A stretch of DNA of 64,000 nt, from positions 248,001 through 312,000 of the forward strand of contig NW_026515688.1 of assembly GCF_025526975.1 (NCBI RefSeq), in the 5' to 3' direction. A model generated the notes under the pieces. It worked only from the letters and a program-made list of their open reading frames with translations, searched no databases and had not been told where the DNA came from. Positions 61,374-64,000 of this stretch are shown here, piece by piece. The DNA is from Fimicolochytrium jonesii. Its lineage: Eukaryota. The position numbers were made by a program, and so were the translations under genes. Positions within the stretch are counted from its first letter, which is position 1. Each line of letters begins with the position of its first letter.

Positions 61374-61972
61374 TGATTTACTTTTCTAGGGATGTGGAAG
61401 GAAAATGGATGAGGATGGTGTTTGATGTACATATTAGCCTCGGGCATGGATAATCGCATGTACAGCAACGAGCGTTTTTGAATGAATACTATTCTGCTAA
61501 ATTGTGAGCTAGCTCAGGTTTCTCGAGTCGAGTAACGGGCAGGTGCTGGAAAATCGGCAGAAAATCGACAGATCTCGAAGAGTGTGCTGTCAAAGCCTCC
61601 ATTTCCGAGTGCCCTCGTTAACTTCTCCGTGATCGCTCCTTCTTCCTGCAATCCTCTTCATCATTTCTTTTCGTCTCCTACTCTCAAAAGTGGATTGTAT
61701 CGCTTCCTGTGGCGGTTCCGCATTTCACATATATGATGGTGGACAAAGCCCTGAAGAGTGCCCCGAAAAACCCGGTCTGTGGTAGCTAGCAACTGCAAGG
61801 ACGCGGGGAAAGGGAAAGCAACCCAATGTATTCCGAATCGCAAGTCTACACGCTACATGAACACTACATAACGCCGAGTCGCTGCCATTCTACGCCGCCG
61901 TCGACTCGCCCCGTTCCCGCATATACGCGCAATTGAAATAGTACGCATCACCGAGCTTCAAAATGCTCTGCA

Positions 61973-64000
61973 TCATGCATCAGCTCGAAAATTTGAGCTT
62001 ATTTCTTCCAGGTTACTGACGATTTCGAACCATGCTCTGTCGTCTTGAGCCCCTGCTTCCCCGGCACGCTGAAGCGATCGCTCATCTAATGATTGCGATG
62101 GGAGAGTCTGTGAGATGGTAACCACCCGGATTTGGTGGCGTATAGTGGGAGATAACAGGCTACGTACCGTTTCTCGCCCAGTCGGTTAGATGGTCCAATT
62201 GCTCCTTAATGTCTTGCCGCCTCAAAGGTATCTTGCTCTGTTGGCATGTGATGAATATTTTGTTGTACAGCCTACCCTCCGAATCGGCACGCTGTTCCCA
62301 CCTTTTGACAGTCGAATAAGAGGTTCCTGATCAACCCGGTCAGCGGCGTCAATATATCTAAATTTCGCAGAGGGAGCAGATCCAAAAGAGCCGTGAAAAA
62401 AGCATCTGCGATGCGATATCGTTGGACCGTCGATTAAGCGCGTTCAATGGGATTACGGACGTGCTCTAAATGGTCTTACCATTGGATAGGAAGGTCGCTT
62501 TGTTGTCCTTTGAAATGGCGAGGAGACTCAACACATGCAGCGAGGCGCATCGCACTTGCATATTCCGGACCGCCAGACACTCGAGGAGGATGTCGAACGC
62601 TCCTGAAGGATGCTTAGCACTGCGTTGCTTCCACGCCCGCAACACCAGAATGGCCTCTTACCATCGATGCGCATGAAGTTTACTTGTCCATCTCTATGAT
62701 AAGTGTAAGCCCGAAAAAAGCCTAGCAAAGCCGCCAGTTTGGGATATGCCTTTGCCTTCGCGAAGCCATCCATGATGGAGGACAGAGCCGCTATGATATT
62801 CATCTGCGGTCGAATGGGATCTCAGCCTCAGTTCACATGAACCGCGTCATTATCAAAAACCCCACCTTCCACAGCACTCGTCTAGGCTCGCTCTGCATCA
62901 CCGCTATCTTCAAAACCTCCACTGCCCCAAAGACTACTTCGGCGTCCATGTTCTCCCGCAGCACATTCAAGATCACATTGACACCTATCATGCCCCTGGC
63001 GCCTTCTCCAGCAGGCTCGAGTAACACTTTGGTTAATTCGCCCGAGTTGGCACTCATATTCCGCAAACACGTCAAGCACTCGAGCATAACCATCTCGTCA
63101 GTATCGTTCCGCAGCATGATCCGATACAAAGTTGAATGCAGGCTGAGAGTCACCGCAGCGGCTTTGACTTCCGGGGAACCTGCCAAGGCGTGTCGAAATA
63201 CAGATATGATGGCAAAGAGTCCTTGATGCTGCTCAAATGTACTGGACTCATGCAGCAACTGCTGGGCTTTAGCTGCTAGCTTCTTCAGTATCCGGGCGGC
63301 AATGGCATGGTGTTTGACGAAATCGAAACAGCCCAGCAGGCATTGCAGAGATATACGAACCGATTCCAACAGCGGTGCGTCTTCGGCATCGTGTGCTTTA
63401 AGCAACAAAGGAATAAGATCGTTGCATAAAGCCGATCCGATGGGCAGGGAATCGCGTCCAGTCTCGCATGGTGTTGTGAGGATTTGCGTCATAGATAAAT
63501 CGACGACCATGCTACAATGCAAGGCCAGGATCCGCGAGAGCAACTGACACGTTGCTCTTACTAGCGGAGATGTAGCGTCAGGTACGGGGCGATTTATTCT
63601 GCTCTGCAAGCCCTTCAAAGTTGTTAGGCCACCCGAGGTGCGAAACAAATCTTCCAATTGGGATGTCCGGGCGGCCGCATAGTCGTGAATCATGCTTGCA
63701 CACAGAGTGAGACCCCAGAAGGCTTGCCGGTCCACCAATGGATTCCCCGATTCCGATAATACGCCATCCTTATTTGCTTCATATCCGCCGAGGATCTGTA
63801 TGATGCAGGAGAAAATCGTGTCGGAGGCAACAAGTCGCCGCTTGATGCCCTCATCAGACTCGGCCTCGACCCACAGGATCTCCAGTATACTGGCATGCAG
63901 TGACGGAATCACCGGGCCAGAAATCCGCATACGGTGCATCCGTTTCAGATGATCGACGATGCAGCCATCAGCGATGGTGTCTTGGTCAGGGTGCTTGCCT
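61973..64000 (-). CDS. RTTN: Rotatin-like ARM/HEAT-repeat centriolar protein, 3' part (gene continues beyond the window)
   Basis: Leu-rich ARM-like 368-aa exon, then AYTYHRDGQVNFMRIDG, SLLAISKDNKATFLSN and NLLFDCQK|AKIPL, which resemble rotatin C-terminal motifs (EDGQQMILRLDG, FSPANKPKILAN, LIYNYQKAK). Predicted stop at 61973. Confidence 0.6.

Overview
Eukaryotic, intron-rich, gene-dense fungal DNA with mostly short GT-AG introns. It is very probably from a zoosporic (chytrid-grade) fungus, because fungal-specific genes (WOPR/Gti1-Pac2 factor, Hsp12, Sct1/Gpt2-type GPAT) sit beside centriole/cilium genes (CCDC13-like, rotatin-like) and a short-tailed class I myosin. About 23 protein-coding genes can be reconstructed: an expansin-like DPBB protein (partial), URK1, an intronless GNAT, a GSI-like gamma-glutamyl ligase, an SDR, a CRAL-TRIO protein, a WOPR transcription factor, NOL10/ENP2, RRP36, a PPR protein, eIF3b, NDUFB2, CPSF73, a tocopherol-cyclase-like protein, TRAPPC2L, myosin I, Hsp12, GPAT, a hypothetical protein, a P4-ATPase, a PDK-family kinase, PCNA, CCDC13 and rotatin (partial). 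The most interesting non-coding items are (i) a ~390-nt highly structured element with repeated GAGCGA(N)AGCGAG hairpin motifs in the oversized first intron of the kinase gene, (ii) a 261-bp MITE inside a decayed transposon-like region, (iii) tandem MCB boxes in the PCNA/CCDC13 promoter, and (iv) recurring, orientation-independent C-rich to G-rich skew dyads. I saw no tRNA, rRNA or CRISPR array. Gene identities come from motifs recognised by eye, not from database searches. CDS coordinates span introns, and internal exon boundaries are manual.
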